A stretch of 64,000 bases of DNA from Thermoanaerobaculia bacterium (GCA_963664405.1 OY761158.1:3680001-3744000), one strand, 5' to 3'; shown: positions 37,656-48,113, counted from the first letter of the stretch. Translations and numbers: made by a program. The notes: generated from the letters alone by a model not told the origin.

Positions 37656-38024
37656 ATGCCAGTCCTGGAAGTCGAGCTGGTGTTGCGCGACGACGAGATC
37701 CTCGCTGAGGATCTTGCCGGCCGTATCGCCGACGCTGCGGGAGAGGTTTTCGATGCAGCGCCGGGAACGACTTGGGTACGGCTGCGGACCTCGCTCCCTT
37801 CCTCCTACGGCGAAAGCGGCGGCGGGCCGCCTGCAGACACGCATCCGGTCTTCGTCCGCGTCCTCAAGGCGGACATCGCTGACGGTGAGACGCTCTCGAA
37901 TGAGGCTGTGCGCCTCACCGAGACCCTGGCGGCCATCATTGGGAGACCTCTCGAGAACGTCCATCTCATCTACGAGCCCGCGGCCCGAGGCAGGGTCGCC
38001 TTCGGCGGCAAGTTAGTCCTCTAG
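37656..38024 (+). CDS. Tautomerase/MIF-like protein
   Basis: Met-Pro start; beta-alpha-beta duplication; ENVHLIYEP…VAFGG. Confidence 0.6.
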   Translation: MPVLEVELVLRDDEILAEDLAGRIADAAGEVFDAAPGTTWVRLRTSLPSSYGESGGGPPADTHPVFVRVLKADIADGETLSNEAVRLTETLAAIIGRPLENVHLIYEPAARGRVAFGGKLVL

Positions 38025-38186
38025 ACCAGCGTTTCCAAAGTTCGCGCACATATCTCGGGCCCTTCTGCCCGCTGGCGTCGTTTCGCCTCCTCGACATATT
38101 GCCCAATATGCCTGCGTCGGCGCGCCTAGCCAGCGAACAGAATGACCTCGAGCTATGCAGCACGAACTTTGGAAACGCTGGTCTAG
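38021..38186. repeat. CTAG-bounded long hairpin element, copy E
   Basis: 24-bp perfect terminal IR CTAGACCAGCGTTTCCAAAGTTCG; core CTCGACATATTGCCCAATATGCCTGCGTC. Confidence 0.9.
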
Positions 38187-38241
38187 TGCCCGCCCCAGCG
38201 GCTAAGTAACAAGGCTCTGGGCGGCCCTCGCTAAGCGCAAG

Positions 38242-38383
38242 GTCGCAGGCCGCGAAAAGGGGGTCTTGGGGGCCGGGGTGCGCAGCATAATTCTTCGAGC
38301 ACAAGATCGCTGCAGAACCGGGGTCTATCCGAAGCGCGAAGCACCCCGGCCCCCAAGACCCCCCTGCGGCCGACCCCTGCGAC
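38242..38383. repeat. Separate long GC-rich inverted repeat
   Basis: 23-bp perfect IR GGGGGTCTTGGGGGCCGGGGTGC (38259-38281 / 38341-38363) plus outer GTCGCAGG/CCTGCGAC. Confidence 0.8.
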
Positions 38384-38401
38384 AACGATCGTCGAAGGCC
38401 C

Positions 38402-39616
38402 TTACTGCGACTCTGCGAGGTTGCGGAGGGCTCGTTCGAGGACCTGGATCGCTTGCCAGTATTCGTCGAGAGAGATGTGCTCGTTGGGAGTGTGGTCCAA
38501 GCGACTGTCCCCGGGGCCGTAGGCGAGGATGGGGCAGCGCCACGCCGGACCGACGACATTCATGTCGCTGGTACCGGTCTTGACTACGAATCCGGGTTTT
38601 GTGCCGCTTTCCGACGAGGCGCGGATGGCGGCGAGAAAGCTTCGCACCAATGGGCTTCTCGACTCACTCTTCCACGCCGGCTCGTAAGCGTCGAAGGCAA
38701 GTCTGACTCTGCCTGCCTCACCCTCCAGCTCGATGCTCGACGAGAGACCGGGCTCGAGTGCCGGCGGTGGCGGTGGCGGTGAGCTCGTCCAGCCGGCCGC
38801 CCACCGAGCAAAGGTCTCGAGCATCGGCCCTGGCACGAACTTGGGGGGCAGTCGGATTCCGATCTTGGCCGTAACCGTCTCTTCGAGGCCGTCCGAGTCG
38901 GTGTTGACGCCCCGTAGGCTGGGAAGAAGCTGCTCGAAGGCGCGATCGATACCCTCATTGAAGTCGTGGCAGAACTTCTCGGTAAGCGACCAGAGAGCGA
39001 ACGCGACGGTAGCGATTCCGGCTTCCGGTCCGGCGGTATGTGTGATCGCGCGACGTGCCTCCAGCTCGATGAGAACCCGGCCTTTATAGCCCAGAGTGAC
39101 GCGGTCCCAACGACTGGGCTCACCGATGATGCAAGCGGTGGGTGGCAACTCTCCATTGCCACCAAAGCGATTGCGAATGAAGCGGGCTCCTTTACTCGTT
39201 GCGGCCTCCTCCTCGACGGCGCCGACAACGACCAGTCGTAGATTCGCTCTGCGGGCCCAGTCACCGCCGAGGCGGGAGCCGGCGGCTACGAAGGTGGCCA
39301 GCGGCCCTTTGGCATCGACTGCGCCGCGCCCGTAGAGCACCCGCCCGCCGTCGCTGCGACCCTCTACGCGGACTGGAATGGCGCCTGGAACGGTGTCGAT
39401 GTGGCCCAAGAGGACCACGGTGCGCTCCGCGTCGGGCTCACCCAGCTCGCCCACTGCGTTGCCGGCCTCGTCGACTCGAGTCCGCTCGTAGCCGAGCTCC
39501 GCCATGGTGGCCGTCAGCCAGGTGGCCGCCTCGGACTCATCGCCCGAAAGCGAGGGGATTGCGAGCAGACTTTCGAGGAGGGTGGCTGCTTGATCTCGAT
39601 CCGGGCTCGGGCTCAT
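38402..39616 (-). CDS. lysK: [LysW]-lysine hydrolase (M20)
   Basis: [41 protein letters not shown]. Confidence 0.9.
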   Translation of the reverse strand: MSPSPDRDQAATLLESLLAIPSLSGDESEAATWLTATMAELGYERTRVDEAGNAVGELGEPDAERTVVLLGHIDTVPGAIPVRVEGRSDGGRVLYGRGAVDAKGPLATFVAAGSRLGGDWARRANLRLVVVGAVEEEAATSKGARFIRNRFGGNGELPPTACIIGEPSRWDRVTLGYKGRVLIELEARRAITHTAGPEAGIATVAFALWSLTEKFCHDFNEGIDRAFEQLLPSLRGVNTDSDGLEETVTAKIGIRLPPKFVPGPMLETFARWAAGWTSSPPPPPPALEPGLSSSIELEGEAGRVRLAFDAYEPAWKSESRSPLVRSFLAAIRASSESGTKPGFVVKTGTSDMNVVGPAWRCPILAYGPGDSRLDHTPNEHISLDEYWQAIQVLERALRNLAESQ

Positions 39617-40785
39617 TACTGGAGTACCGCCGCGATCGCTTTGACCGCTTGGTCGATCTGTTCTCGGGTGACGATCAGGGCAGGGAGGAGGCGAAGAACT
39701 GTTGGGCCGGCAGGAAGGGCGAGAAGGTTGTGCTCCTCCATCAACTGGCTGAGGAAAGGAGCGACTTTCTTGCGGAGCTCTATTCCCACCATGAGCCCTC
39801 GACCCCGAAGCTCGCGGACCAGGGTGTAGTCGCCAATGGCGTTGCCGAGCTCGCCAAGAAGGTAGTTCCCCTGCTCGCCTGCTACTGCCGGTAGGTCTTC
39901 CTCCGCCAGTGTTTGCAGGGTGGCGATCGCTGCACTCGAGGCCAGCGGTCCACCACCGAAGGTGGTCCCGTGCAGTCCAGGCCGCAGCGCTTCCGCAACC
40001 GGCTTCGACATCGCTACCGCCCCCATGGGGAAACCGCCGGCAATGCCCTTGGCGAGAACCATGAGGTCGGGCTCGATGCCCGATTCCGTGTGCGCGAACC
40101 ACGATCCCGTGCGCCCGAAACCGGTCTGGATCTCGTCGGCGACAAAGAGGGCTCCGTGGTGCTTGCAGAGCTCTTGCGCTCGGCACAGGAACTCCGCCTG
40201 CACGGGCAAGACCCCGCTTTCGCCCTGCACCGGTTCGGCGATGAATGCACTGGTCTCTGCGGTGATGGCCCTCTCGAGCTCGTCCAAGTCATTCGAGGTG
40301 ACGAAGGTGGCGGGATGGAGGAGTTCCGCAAAGGGCTTGCGGAAGCGCGTGCTCCAGGTCACTCCCAGGGCGCCGAGCGAGCGACCGTGGAAACCGCGTT
40401 TGAGTGCTACCCAGCCGCTTCGCCCGGTCGTCAGGGTGGCGAACTTGAGCGCCGCCTCGACCGCTTCTGTGCCGCTGTTGCACAGGAAAATGTGGGCGAA
40501 GTGCTGCGGAAGGTGCTTCGCCAGCTCGGCCAGCACGGCGGCTCTGGAGTCGTTGAAGAAACTCGACGATAGCGCAATGAGACGTTCCGCCTGTTCTGAG
40601 ATAGCTCGGACGAGTGCCGGGTGTGAGTGGCCGAGCGGAGCCGTTCCATGTGCGCTGGTGAGGTCGAGGTAGCGTCGGTCCTGGTCGTCCCAGAGCCAAC
40701 AGCCTTCGCCACGAACCATGGGCCGGTTGCCCCGTCGGGGAATGAGAATGCCGCCGAGCTCGCGCTCGATCTCAGGAGTGCTCAT
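39616..40785 (-). CDS. lysJ: [LysW]-aminoadipate semialdehyde aminotransferase (class III)
   Basis: NSGTEAVE, FHGRS, DEIQTGFGRTG, AKGIAGG; adjacent to lysK. Confidence 0.88.
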   Translation of the reverse strand: MSTPEIERELGGILIPRRGNRPMVRGEGCWLWDDQDRRYLDLTSAHGTAPLGHSHPALVRAISEQAERLIALSSSFFNDSRAAVLAELAKHLPQHFAHIFLCNSGTEAVEAALKFATLTTGRSGWVALKRGFHGRSLGALGVTWSTRFRKPFAELLHPATFVTSNDLDELERAITAETSAFIAEPVQGESGVLPVQAEFLCRAQELCKHHGALFVADEIQTGFGRTGSWFAHTESGIEPDLMVLAKGIAGGFPMGAVAMSKPVAEALRPGLHGTTFGGGPLASSAAIATLQTLAEEDLPAVAGEQGNYLLGELGNAIGDYTLVRELRGRGLMVGIELRKKVAPFLSQLMEEHNLLALPAGPTVLRLLPALIVTREQIDQAVKAIAAVLQ

Positions 40786-40872
40786 CGTGCCTCAGAGTAT
40801 CCCCTGCCTGTCGCTCCCTCAAGGTGGAAGAGCCTTTACTTGCTCGGGTGGACCTGTTGTGATGCTGGGGTT

Positions 40873-41970
40873 GTGCGGCTAGGTATCCTGGCCTCGGAGA
40901 TCGAGGGAGAGTCGACGGGCGTGGGCCGCTTTCTCGAGGGGCTTCTCGGCGGGCTCAGCGCGAGCGACTTCGACGGAGAGATCCACCTTCTCTTCCAAGG
41001 GGCCCCCTTCGACCATGCGCTTTTCTTAGACAACCGTTTCCGCCCCACATTCGCGGACCGATCCGGGCTTTCCTCGGTGATCTGGGAGCAGCTGGTGCTA
41101 CCCGGAGAGTTGCCGGAGTTGGATCTGCTGGTCGGGCCCGCCTACAGTCTTCCTCCCCGCCTCGAGTGTCCAGGTGTGGTGATGATCCACGATCTCTCCT
41201 TCGAAGTGCTGCCAGAGGAGTTTCGGTTTCGCGAACGTTGGCGGCGTCGCATTCTGGCGAGGCATGCGGCGTCGCGCGCGCGCAGGGTGTTGGTTGCGTC
41301 GCGCGAAGTCGCTGGCCAGCTCGAAGAGCTCTATTCGCTCGCCCCTGGGAAAATTGGTCTAGTGCGTTATGGCGTAGAAGTCGAGTCTCTTCGGAATCGG
41401 GCCGCCATTGTGGATACGCCGGTCGAGGGCCGTTATCTTCTCTTCCTTGGGGCCGTACTTCCGCGTCGTCGGCTCGATTTGCTCTTGGAGGCTTTCGCGC
41501 GGTTGCGAGAGCACGAGCCCGATCTGCGACTGGTTCTGGCAGGCCCGAATCGACTTCCGCAGCCTCACTTGCTTGGCCAGTGGATAGGAGAGCATGGCCT
41601 CGAAGAAGCTGTCGTCGAGCTGGGGTGGGTTCCCGAGAACACTTTGCCGGCGCTGCTGGCTGGAGCCGATCTCTCTGTTTATCTGTCTATCTACGAAGGC
41701 TTCGGCCTGCCACCCCTGGAGTCGTTGGCGGTAGGAACGGTGCCGGTGGTCAGTGGAGGCCAGGCACTCGATGATCTCTGGCCTGAGTACCCCTACCGCT
41801 GCCTTTCACTCGACGTTGCTGAGATCGAGCGGGTTCTGCGCCGAGCGCTGAGTGAGAGAGAAGGGCGCAGCGAGATCTGCCGTCAGGGAGGCGAATTGGT
41901 GAGCACTCTCACCTGGGAGTCCTGTGCTCAGAGCTTTCTGGATCAGGTGTCGCGGAGCCGTGCCCAATGA
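40873..41970 (+). CDS. Glycosyltransferase family 4 (start approximate)
   Basis: MIHDLSF, YEGFGLPPLES. Confidence 0.85.
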   Translation: MRLGILASEIEGESTGVGRFLEGLLGGLSASDFDGEIHLLFQGAPFDHALFLDNRFRPTFADRSGLSSVIWEQLVLPGELPELDLLVGPAYSLPPRLECPGVVMIHDLSFEVLPEEFRFRERWRRRILARHAASRARRVLVASREVAGQLEELYSLAPGKIGLVRYGVEVESLRNRAAIVDTPVEGRYLLFLGAVLPRRRLDLLLEAFARLREHEPDLRLVLAGPNRLPQPHLLGQWIGEHGLEEAVVELGWVPENTLPALLAGADLSVYLSIYEGFGLPPLESLAVGTVPVVSGGQALDDLWPEYPYRCLSLDVAEIERVLRRALSEREGRSEICRQGGELVSTLTWESCAQSFLDQVSRSRAQ

Positions 41971-42833
41971 TCCGGGCCGTTGTGGTCAGCTATGAAGCGG
42001 AAGAGCACCTTGCCAGGTGCTTGGCTTCTTTGGAGCCCTTGGCTCGCGCCGGAAACGAAGTGGTTGTCGTCGATAACGGATCGAGCGACAGCTCTACCGA
42101 GATCGTGGCCGCCAACGGATCCTGGTGTCAGCTGATGCGCCTCGAGAGCAACAGCGGATTCGGGCGAGCTTGCAATCTAGGAAGCGCCGATACCGAGGCG
42201 GAGCACATCCTCTTTCTGAACCCCGATGCGTGGTTGGAAGAGGGCAGCGTCGAGGTGCTGGTTGAGAGTCTGGAGAGAGACCCGCGAGTGGGCCTGGTAG
42301 CGCCCCAGTTGTACTTCCCCGACGGCCGCCGCCAGTTCACCTGGGAGCCATCTCCCGGAGTCATGGGTGACGGTCTGCGAAGAGTTCGAAACCTCGGCGA
42401 GGGGCGCTCCTGGGCACACGACGGCGTACGCCTTTTCGCTCGTGCCCTTGGAGATGCCGGCTGGATGACGGCGGCTTGCGTGCTCGTGAGACGCCAGGCC
42501 TGGCAGCAAGTCGGCGGCTTCGACGAGGGGTTCTTCCTCTACTTTGAGGACGTCGACCTCTGTCTACGTCTACGGCGAGCGGGCTGGAGGCTTAGGCTCG
42601 TGCCATCGGCGCGTGCGGGTCACTTCAGAGGAGGCTCGCGCAAGAGCGGCGAATGGGAAGTCGAATATCGACGCAGCCAGTATCTCTTCTATCGAAGGTA
42701 CCGCAGCGAGTGGGTGAGCCGGCTCCTGGTCCGTGGGCACCGCCGCCGCTTCGAGACGCTACCCGAGGGCGAGCTCAAGAGCCGGTTGCTCGCGGTCTGC
42801 GCTGAGGCGGAGCTGGCCCGGAGAAAGCGCTAG
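41967..42833 (+). CDS. Glycosyltransferase family 2
   Basis: VVDNGSSD, LFLNPD, GGFDEGFFLYFEDVD. Confidence 0.9.
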   Translation: MIRAVVVSYEAEEHLARCLASLEPLARAGNEVVVVDNGSSDSSTEIVAANGSWCQLMRLESNSGFGRACNLGSADTEAEHILFLNPDAWLEEGSVEVLVESLERDPRVGLVAPQLYFPDGRRQFTWEPSPGVMGDGLRRVRNLGEGRSWAHDGVRLFARALGDAGWMTAACVLVRRQAWQQVGGFDEGFFLYFEDVDLCLRLRRAGWRLRLVPSARAGHFRGGSRKSGEWEVEYRRSQYLFYRRYRSEWVSRLLVRGHRRRFETLPEGELKSRLLAVCAEAELARRKR

Positions 42834-43633
42834 CTGAGATGAGTTCCGGCGCCGTCGAGCGCCGCGCTGATCGGGCTGGGCCGGCGACCGTCGGCAAAGA
42901 TCACTTTGGCAACGCCCTGCTCGAGGGCCTCCACCGCTCCCAGGACCTTCTTCTTCATGCGGTCTTGAGCCAAGCCGATGAAGTCACTCGCCTCGGCGCG
43001 AGCAATTTGCGAAATGAGACTGGACTCGTCCGGGAAATCTCGCAGCAGACCAGGAACATTCGACAGAATGACCAGAGCTTCGGCGTCGAGCGCAGCCGCC
43101 ACTGCCGCGGCCGCCCGATCGCCATCCACATTGATCGCTTCACCGGACTCCGAGGCACCTGGCGGAGTCAGCACCGGTAGGTGGCCGGCAGTGAGGAGGA
43201 GCTCGAGAAGCTTGGTGTTGACTCGCTCGACCGTGCCGGTCCAGTCGTCTCGAATGACCATTCGCTTCCCCCCCATTCGGACCCGAAGACGATCCTTCCT
43301 CTTACCCTCGAAGATCCTTCCGTCCAGGCCTGACAGGCCCACGGCGTCGACTCCTCGCAGCTGCAGTTTTTCCACCCACATCTTGTTGAGCTGACCGCAA
43401 TAGACCATTTCGAAGATCTCGAGAGTGCGGCGGTCTGTTCGCCGACTACTGTAGCCGCTCTCGCTGGTGATGAACTGCGGTGGGTGCCCCAGCGCCGTGG
43501 CCACTTCGTTGAGGGTCTCGGCCCCGCCGTGCACCAGCACCAGAGGTTGGCCGGTCTCGTTCAGACCCACCAAGTCGTCGACGACGGCGTCGACATCGAT
43601 GTCTTTCCCTCCTCCGACTTTAACGACAATCAC
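42830..43633 (-). CDS. lysZ: [LysW]-aminoadipate kinase
   Basis: VKVGG, VHGG, GYSSRRTD, NVDGDRAA, MKKKV. Confidence 0.92.
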   Translation of the reverse strand: MIVVKVGGGKDIDVDAVVDDLVGLNETGQPLVLVHGGAETLNEVATALGHPPQFITSESGYSSRRTDRRTLEIFEMVYCGQLNKMWVEKLQLRGVDAVGLSGLDGRIFEGKRKDRLRVRMGGKRMVIRDDWTGTVERVNTKLLELLLTAGHLPVLTPPGASESGEAINVDGDRAAAAVAAALDAEALVILSNVPGLLRDFPDESSLISQIARAEASDFIGLAQDRMKKKVLGAVEALEQGVAKVIFADGRRPSPISAALDGAGTHLS

Positions 43634-44991
43634 GGTTCTCGGCCTCCGTTTCGATTATAGGTCGGCGCGGTCACAGCGGTGCCTGGCTCGTTGTGCGGTA
43701 GCCGCAGAAGAGCGATAGCGGCCATGGCCAGAATGTATAGCCCGATGAAGAGTAGGAACGCCGGCCGATAGCTGCCGAAGCGATCGAAGATCAGTCCGGC
43801 GAGCGGAACGCCCACGCTCTGTATCGGCAGCATGAACGGGCCCATCAAGCCCATGACTCGGCCGAAGGACCGTCGACCGAAGCAGGCTCCGATGAGCGTT
43901 CCCCAGATCGGGAGCATCCCGCCCATGCCCAGGCCGAAGATCGAGCCCCCCGCCAGGAGCTCGGGATAGCTCTCAACTCTTAGAATGAACGACACCCCAC
44001 AGATCTGAAGTGCGATGGCGAGCCAAGCCGCGGCGCGTTTGTCGACGCGGTCGCTGAGCCAGCCGAAGAGGACCTTGCCAAAGAGTCCGAGGCCTGCGAT
44101 CGACGAGATCACTAGGGAGGCGGCGGTCGGGGAGAAACCGAGGTCGGTGGCGAGCGGGATGATGTGGGTGAGCAATGCGCCGCTGCAGCAGAAGCCGAGC
44201 GAGACGAAGAGTCCGATCACCCAGAAATTTCGATCGCGCAAGGGCTCAGTCCAGGAGAGGGCCGGCCGCCGTAGTGGAAGCCCCGTTACCGCCGGGGCGA
44301 GAGCTACCGGCTCGACACCGGTGGGCGTCTCGGCTGCGGCCGCCGGTGTCGGCTGGACCGCGGGGGTCGATTGCCCTTCGCCATCCGGCGCCAGCCCCCT
44401 GTCCTCAGGTCGATCTACGACGAAGAGCCTGACCGTCGGTAGGACGATGACCAGGGTCAGTGCGCCGTACAGAACGAAAGTGTTCCGCCATCCCAACTGC
44501 TCGATGAGCCAAGTCGCGGCGGGTGCCATCAGCAGCCCAGAAAGAGAGACGCCCATGGTGGCGATTCCGAGCGCCATCCCGCGTCTGGCCACGAACCAGT
44601 TGGCGACTAGCGTCGAGGCGGTGAGCCCACCGATCATTGCCGCGCCGACGGCGACGAGTGAGCCGAGCACCAGGAAGAGCTGAAATAGGCTGTTGACTTG
44701 TGAAAGAGTGCCAAAACCGATAGCGAGGAAAACGACGCCGAAAGTCATCAGCCGCCGGATCGACCGAGTATCCAGAGCTGCGCCGAGCACCGGCCCGACC
44801 AGTGCGTTGACAATGCCAAAGGTCGCGATCGCCATTCCGATTCCGAGCCGGCCACTGCCGAACTCGCTGGCCAGCGATTTGAAGAAGGGTCCGAAGGAGT
44901 AGAAGCTGAATCCGACAGAGACGAATAGCGTCACGAAACAGACAGCGACAATTCGCCAACCGTAGAAGATTTCTGTGCGCGCACGAGCCAT
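43630..44991 (-). CDS. MFS transporter
   Basis: FYGWRIV, WF..RRG.A.G, G.LSDR; ~12 TM helices. Confidence 0.9.
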   Translation of the reverse strand: MARARTEIFYGWRIVAVCFVTLFVSVGFSFYSFGPFFKSLASEFGSGRLGIGMAIATFGIVNALVGPVLGAALDTRSIRRLMTFGVVFLAIGFGTLSQVNSLFQLFLVLGSLVAVGAAMIGGLTASTLVANWFVARRGMALGIATMGVSLSGLLMAPAATWLIEQLGWRNTFVLYGALTLVIVLPTVRLFVVDRPEDRGLAPDGEGQSTPAVQPTPAAAAETPTGVEPVALAPAVTGLPLRRPALSWTEPLRDRNFWVIGLFVSLGFCCSGALLTHIIPLATDLGFSPTAASLVISSIAGLGLFGKVLFGWLSDRVDKRAAAWLAIALQICGVSFILRVESYPELLAGGSIFGLGMGGMLPIWGTLIGACFGRRSFGRVMGLMGPFMLPIQSVGVPLAGLIFDRFGSYRPAFLLFIGLYILAMAAIALLRLPHNEPGTAVTAPTYNRNGGREP

Positions 44992-45049
44992 GGGGCCGAG
45001 AGCTTACACGCCTCTTTGGTGATGCGTTTCTTGAAGAGAGGGAGGTGCT

Positions 45050-45814
45050 GTGGGATACGAGACATTGGAAATAGAACAGGAGGGCGTGGTGCTACGGGTC
45101 TGGTTGAACCGACCTCACCGGCGTAACGCTGTTGATAGCCGGATGCTCGTCGAGATCGAGGACCTCTTCCGGTCGCTGGAAAGAGACCATTCGACGCGGG
45201 TGATCGTACTGGGCGGTCGCGGGCCCACCTTTTGCGCCGGTGCCGATCGAAAAACGGCTCGCGAGTCGGATCTGGATCCGGCGGCAGGGCCCAAGGAGCG
45301 GCGATGGCGAATGCAGGCAGGCCGCCGGGCCTGTCGCGCGATCGAAGAGTGTGAAGTCGTGACTATCGCTCGAATCCAGGGGCACGCGATCGGCGGCGGG
45401 TGCTGCCTGGCACTGTCTTGCGACTTTCGACTTGCGAGCAGGGATGCGATCTTCAGGGTCCCCGAGGTCGAGCTCGGCGTACCTCTGACCTGGGCAGGCG
45501 TGCCACGTTTGCTACATGAGGTCGGCGCTGCGCGCACCCGCGAGATTTTGCTTCTCTGCGAGGATCTGGCGGGGGAGAAGCTGGAGCACTGGGGGCTCGT
45601 TCATCGACGGGTCGAGGAGTCGGAGCTGGATGCTGAGGTTTCTCGGTGGACCGCCGCTGTGCTCGAGCGCTCGGAGCTCGCCGTCCACATGACGAAGACC
45701 CAGCTGCGTGGCTACTCGAGGCTCTTTGCTCTCGGCGACGCGTCGGAGACTGATGGAGACTTGATCTCGGTCGCCTACACCGCCGGCGATGCCAAGAGTC
45801 GCTTCGATGGCTGA
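45050..45814 (+). CDS. Enoyl-CoA hydratase/isomerase family protein
   Basis: LNRP..RNA, FCAGAD, GHAIGGG, PEVELG. Confidence 0.9.
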   Translation: MGYETLEIEQEGVVLRVWLNRPHRRNAVDSRMLVEIEDLFRSLERDHSTRVIVLGGRGPTFCAGADRKTARESDLDPAAGPKERRWRMQAGRRACRAIEECEVVTIARIQGHAIGGGCCLALSCDFRLASRDAIFRVPEVELGVPLTWAGVPRLLHEVGAARTREILLLCEDLAGEKLEHWGLVHRRVEESELDAEVSRWTAAVLERSELAVHMTKTQLRGYSRLFALGDASETDGDLISVAYTAGDAKSRFDG

Positions 45815-45834
45815 GGCCTCGGAGCGAGCGACCT

Positions 45835-45970
45835 TCAGCCGCACGGTCCTCGAGCCATTCGCGTAATCTCGAGGCCTTTGCCGACGGGTAGAGTCATCGA
45901 CTCGACCCCGGGGCGACTTCGCACGTGCGCTGTGTAGTCGGATAGGTCGTGGGAGAGAAGGACAAGCATT
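45835..45970 (-). pseudogene. Possible C-terminal remnant of an O-methyltransferase
   Basis: LSHDLSDYTAHVRSRPGVESMTLPVGKGLEIT resembles O-methyltransferase C-termini; no room for the rest before the lysY stop. Confidence 0.35.
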
Positions 45971-45995
45971 CTCACTCCTGCGGCCGAGCCCGTGC

Positions 45996-47042
45996 TCAGA
46001 TCGGGTGAAGACCCGGGAACTGGAGTCCCAGGCCCTCGTCCCAACCCATCATCAGGTTGAGACACTGCACGGCGCTTCCAGCTGCCCCTTTCATCAGATT
46101 GTCGATGGCGCAGAGCGCGACGACGCGGCGAGAGCTCTCGTCGAAAGCAAAGCCCACCTCTGCCCAGTTCGATCCCATCAGGATCTTGGGCTCTGGCATT
46201 CTGTAGATGCCCGCGCGCTCGCGCACCACGCGGACGAAGGGCTCGCCGGCGTAGGTGCTTCGGTAGGCCCTCCAGAGGTCCTTCTCGGTCACTCCCTCTC
46301 GGACGAAGACGTGCGCGGTTGCCTGTACCCCTCTCACCATTTCGATCGCCGTCGCCGTGAGGTGGAGCTCGGGCTCGATGTCGAGCGCCCGTAGAACCTG
46401 CAGCACCTCGGCGGTGTGGCGATGACCTGTCGGCGCATAGCTACGGAGGCTGCCGGCCCGCTCCGGGTGGTGCGATGCCTCGCTGGCACGGTTTCCTCCT
46501 TCCGAGGATCCCACTACGAGGTCGCAGATCACGGGTCGATCCTCCGCCACCAACCCGGAAGCGAATAGCGGCCACACGGCCAGATTCGTCGCAGTGGCGT
46601 TACAACCCACGCCGCTCACGTAGCGGGCGTCGCGGAGCGCTTCTCGATAAAGCTCGGGAAGGCCGTAAACGAAACGCTCCAGCCACTCCGGCGCCTGGTG
46701 ATCGCGCCCATACCAGCGCTCGTAGTCCTCAGGGCGGCGGAGCCGAAAGTCGGCGGAAAGATCGACGATTCGCGTGCCGAGAGCCGCGAAGCGGTCGATT
46801 TCTCCCATCGTCGCGCCGTGGGGCAGGCAGAGGAAGAGGACATCGCAAGCCTCGAGCTCTGCCAGAGGGACGAAGCTGAGACGGTCCCTGGCTCGCATAT
46901 TGGGATGGGTGAAGTGAACGAATGAGCCAGCGTTGCGCTCACTCGTGATCTGCGCCACCTCAACCTCGGGGTGGTCGATGAGTAGGCGGAGGAGCTCTCC
47001 GCCAACGTAGCCGGACGCACCGGCGATGGATACTCGAGTCAT
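45996..47042 (-). CDS. lysY: [LysW]-aminoadipyl-phosphate reductase (ArgC family)
   Basis: [42 protein letters not shown]. Confidence 0.93.
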   Translation of the reverse strand: MTRVSIAGASGYVGGELLRLLIDHPEVEVAQITSERNAGSFVHFTHPNMRARDRLSFVPLAELEACDVLFLCLPHGATMGEIDRFAALGTRIVDLSADFRLRRPEDYERWYGRDHQAPEWLERFVYGLPELYREALRDARYVSGVGCNATATNLAVWPLFASGLVAEDRPVICDLVVGSSEGGNRASEASHHPERAGSLRSYAPTGHRHTAEVLQVLRALDIEPELHLTATAIEMVRGVQATAHVFVREGVTEKDLWRAYRSTYAGEPFVRVVRERAGIYRMPEPKILMGSNWAEVGFAFDESSRRVVALCAIDNLMKGAAGSAVQCLNLMMGWDEGLGLQFPGLHPI

Positions 47043-47923
47043 GATTGTGGGGAGGGATCGTTGGTCTGAGCGCCGACTTGAAGCACATAGTCGATGATGC
47101 GCGCCGGGATATTCACCCCGGTTGGCTCGATGCTGTTACGAAATTCCATCGTGTAGTTGACTTCGAGCACGAGGAGTCCGCGCTCCGGATCCTCCACCAG
47201 GTCGACAGCGACGACACCCCCACCGACCGCTCTGGCGGCCCGCTCCGAGATCTCCGCGATCTCGTCGCTTACCGGGCAGTTGGCGGTGGCCGCCCCTTTT
47301 GCGGTGTTGGTGATCCAGTGCGGCGAGCTGCGATAGATGGCGCAGATCGTCTCCTCATTCACCACAAAGCTGCGGATGTCTCGCATCGGTTTCTCGATGT
47401 ACTCCTGGATGTAGAACACACTGTGGTGATAGGTGCCGAGGACCTCCTTGTGCTCGAGAACAGCCTCGGCGGCGTCTCGGTCGTTGAGCTTGCTGAGCAG
47501 GCGACCCCAGGAGCCGATGGCCGGTTTGAGGACAACCGGGTACCCCAGCTCTTCGATGCCCTCCAGCGCACTCTCCGGAGTAAAGGCAACCATGGTGCGC
47601 GGCGTTGGCACGTCCCCAGCCGCGAGAGCGGAAGAGGTCAGGAGCTTCGAGCCACAGGTCTCGGCCACACCGATGGTGTTGACGGTGGCGATGCCGGCAT
47701 CGTTGAGAATCTGCAACGTGGCAAGAGCTCGACCGTGGTTTATGCAGCGCTCGAGCACAACGTTGTACCCTGCGAATTGATCTCGCACCTGGGCCTCGTT
47801 GGAGATCTCGAGTACAAGGCCACGATCGTCGAGGAGATCGAAATCGACACCTCGGGTCTCGAGCTCTCGAAGCAGGAGCTTTTCTTCCACCCGGACCCGG
47901 CTGTAAAGGACTGCGACTCTCAA
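47039..47923 (-). CDS. lysX: Alpha-aminoadipate--LysW ligase
   Basis: ATP-grasp; RVEEK, GSWGRL, RDIR, AIYR…[14 protein letters not shown]. Confidence 0.95.
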   Translation of the reverse strand: MRVAVLYSRVRVEEKLLLRELETRGVDFDLLDDRGLVLEISNEAQVRDQFAGYNVVLERCINHGRALATLQILNDAGIATVNTIGVAETCGSKLLTSSALAAGDVPTPRTMVAFTPESALEGIEELGYPVVLKPAIGSWGRLLSKLNDRDAAEAVLEHKEVLGTYHHSVFYIQEYIEKPMRDIRSFVVNEETICAIYRSSPHWITNTAKGAATANCPVSDEIAEISERAARAVGGGVVAVDLVEDPERGLLVLEVNYTMEFRNSIEPTGVNIPARIIDYVLQVGAQTNDPSPQS

Positions 47924-47926
47924 ACC

Positions 47927-48112
47927 CTACTCCCCCCAGTCCTCTTCTTCTTCAGGAGCCATCACTAGAGTCAGTGGGTCGAGGCTGAGTACCTCGAGCT
48001 CGGCACCGCATTCACCGCACTGGACGATCTCGTTGGCCATCACTTCCTTCAGGTCCACTTGTGCGACGCACTCGGGGCACTCCGCGGATCCGGATGTTGT
48101 CTCCAAAGCCAT
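47927..48112 (-). CDS. lysW: Amino-group carrier protein LysW
   Basis: CPEC…CGEC zinc ribbon; C-terminal EDWGE. Confidence 0.97.
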   Translation of the reverse strand: MALETTSGSAECPECVAQVDLKEVMANEIVQCGECGAELEVLSLDPLTLVMAPEEEEDWGE

Positions 48113-48113
48113 C

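Noticed and set aside
8708-38186. Hairpin elements as integron attC sites or CRISPR repeats
   Set aside because: No RYYYAAC/GTTRRRY ends, no integrase, flanking genes are housekeeping; copies are dispersed with no repeat-spacer array or cas genes
39617-40186. Long N-terminal extensions of lysK (also lysT to 51519, hicdh to 49262, GT4 from 40627)
   Set aside because: They overlap neighbouring genes in other frames; downstream starts give normal lengths and coupled junctions
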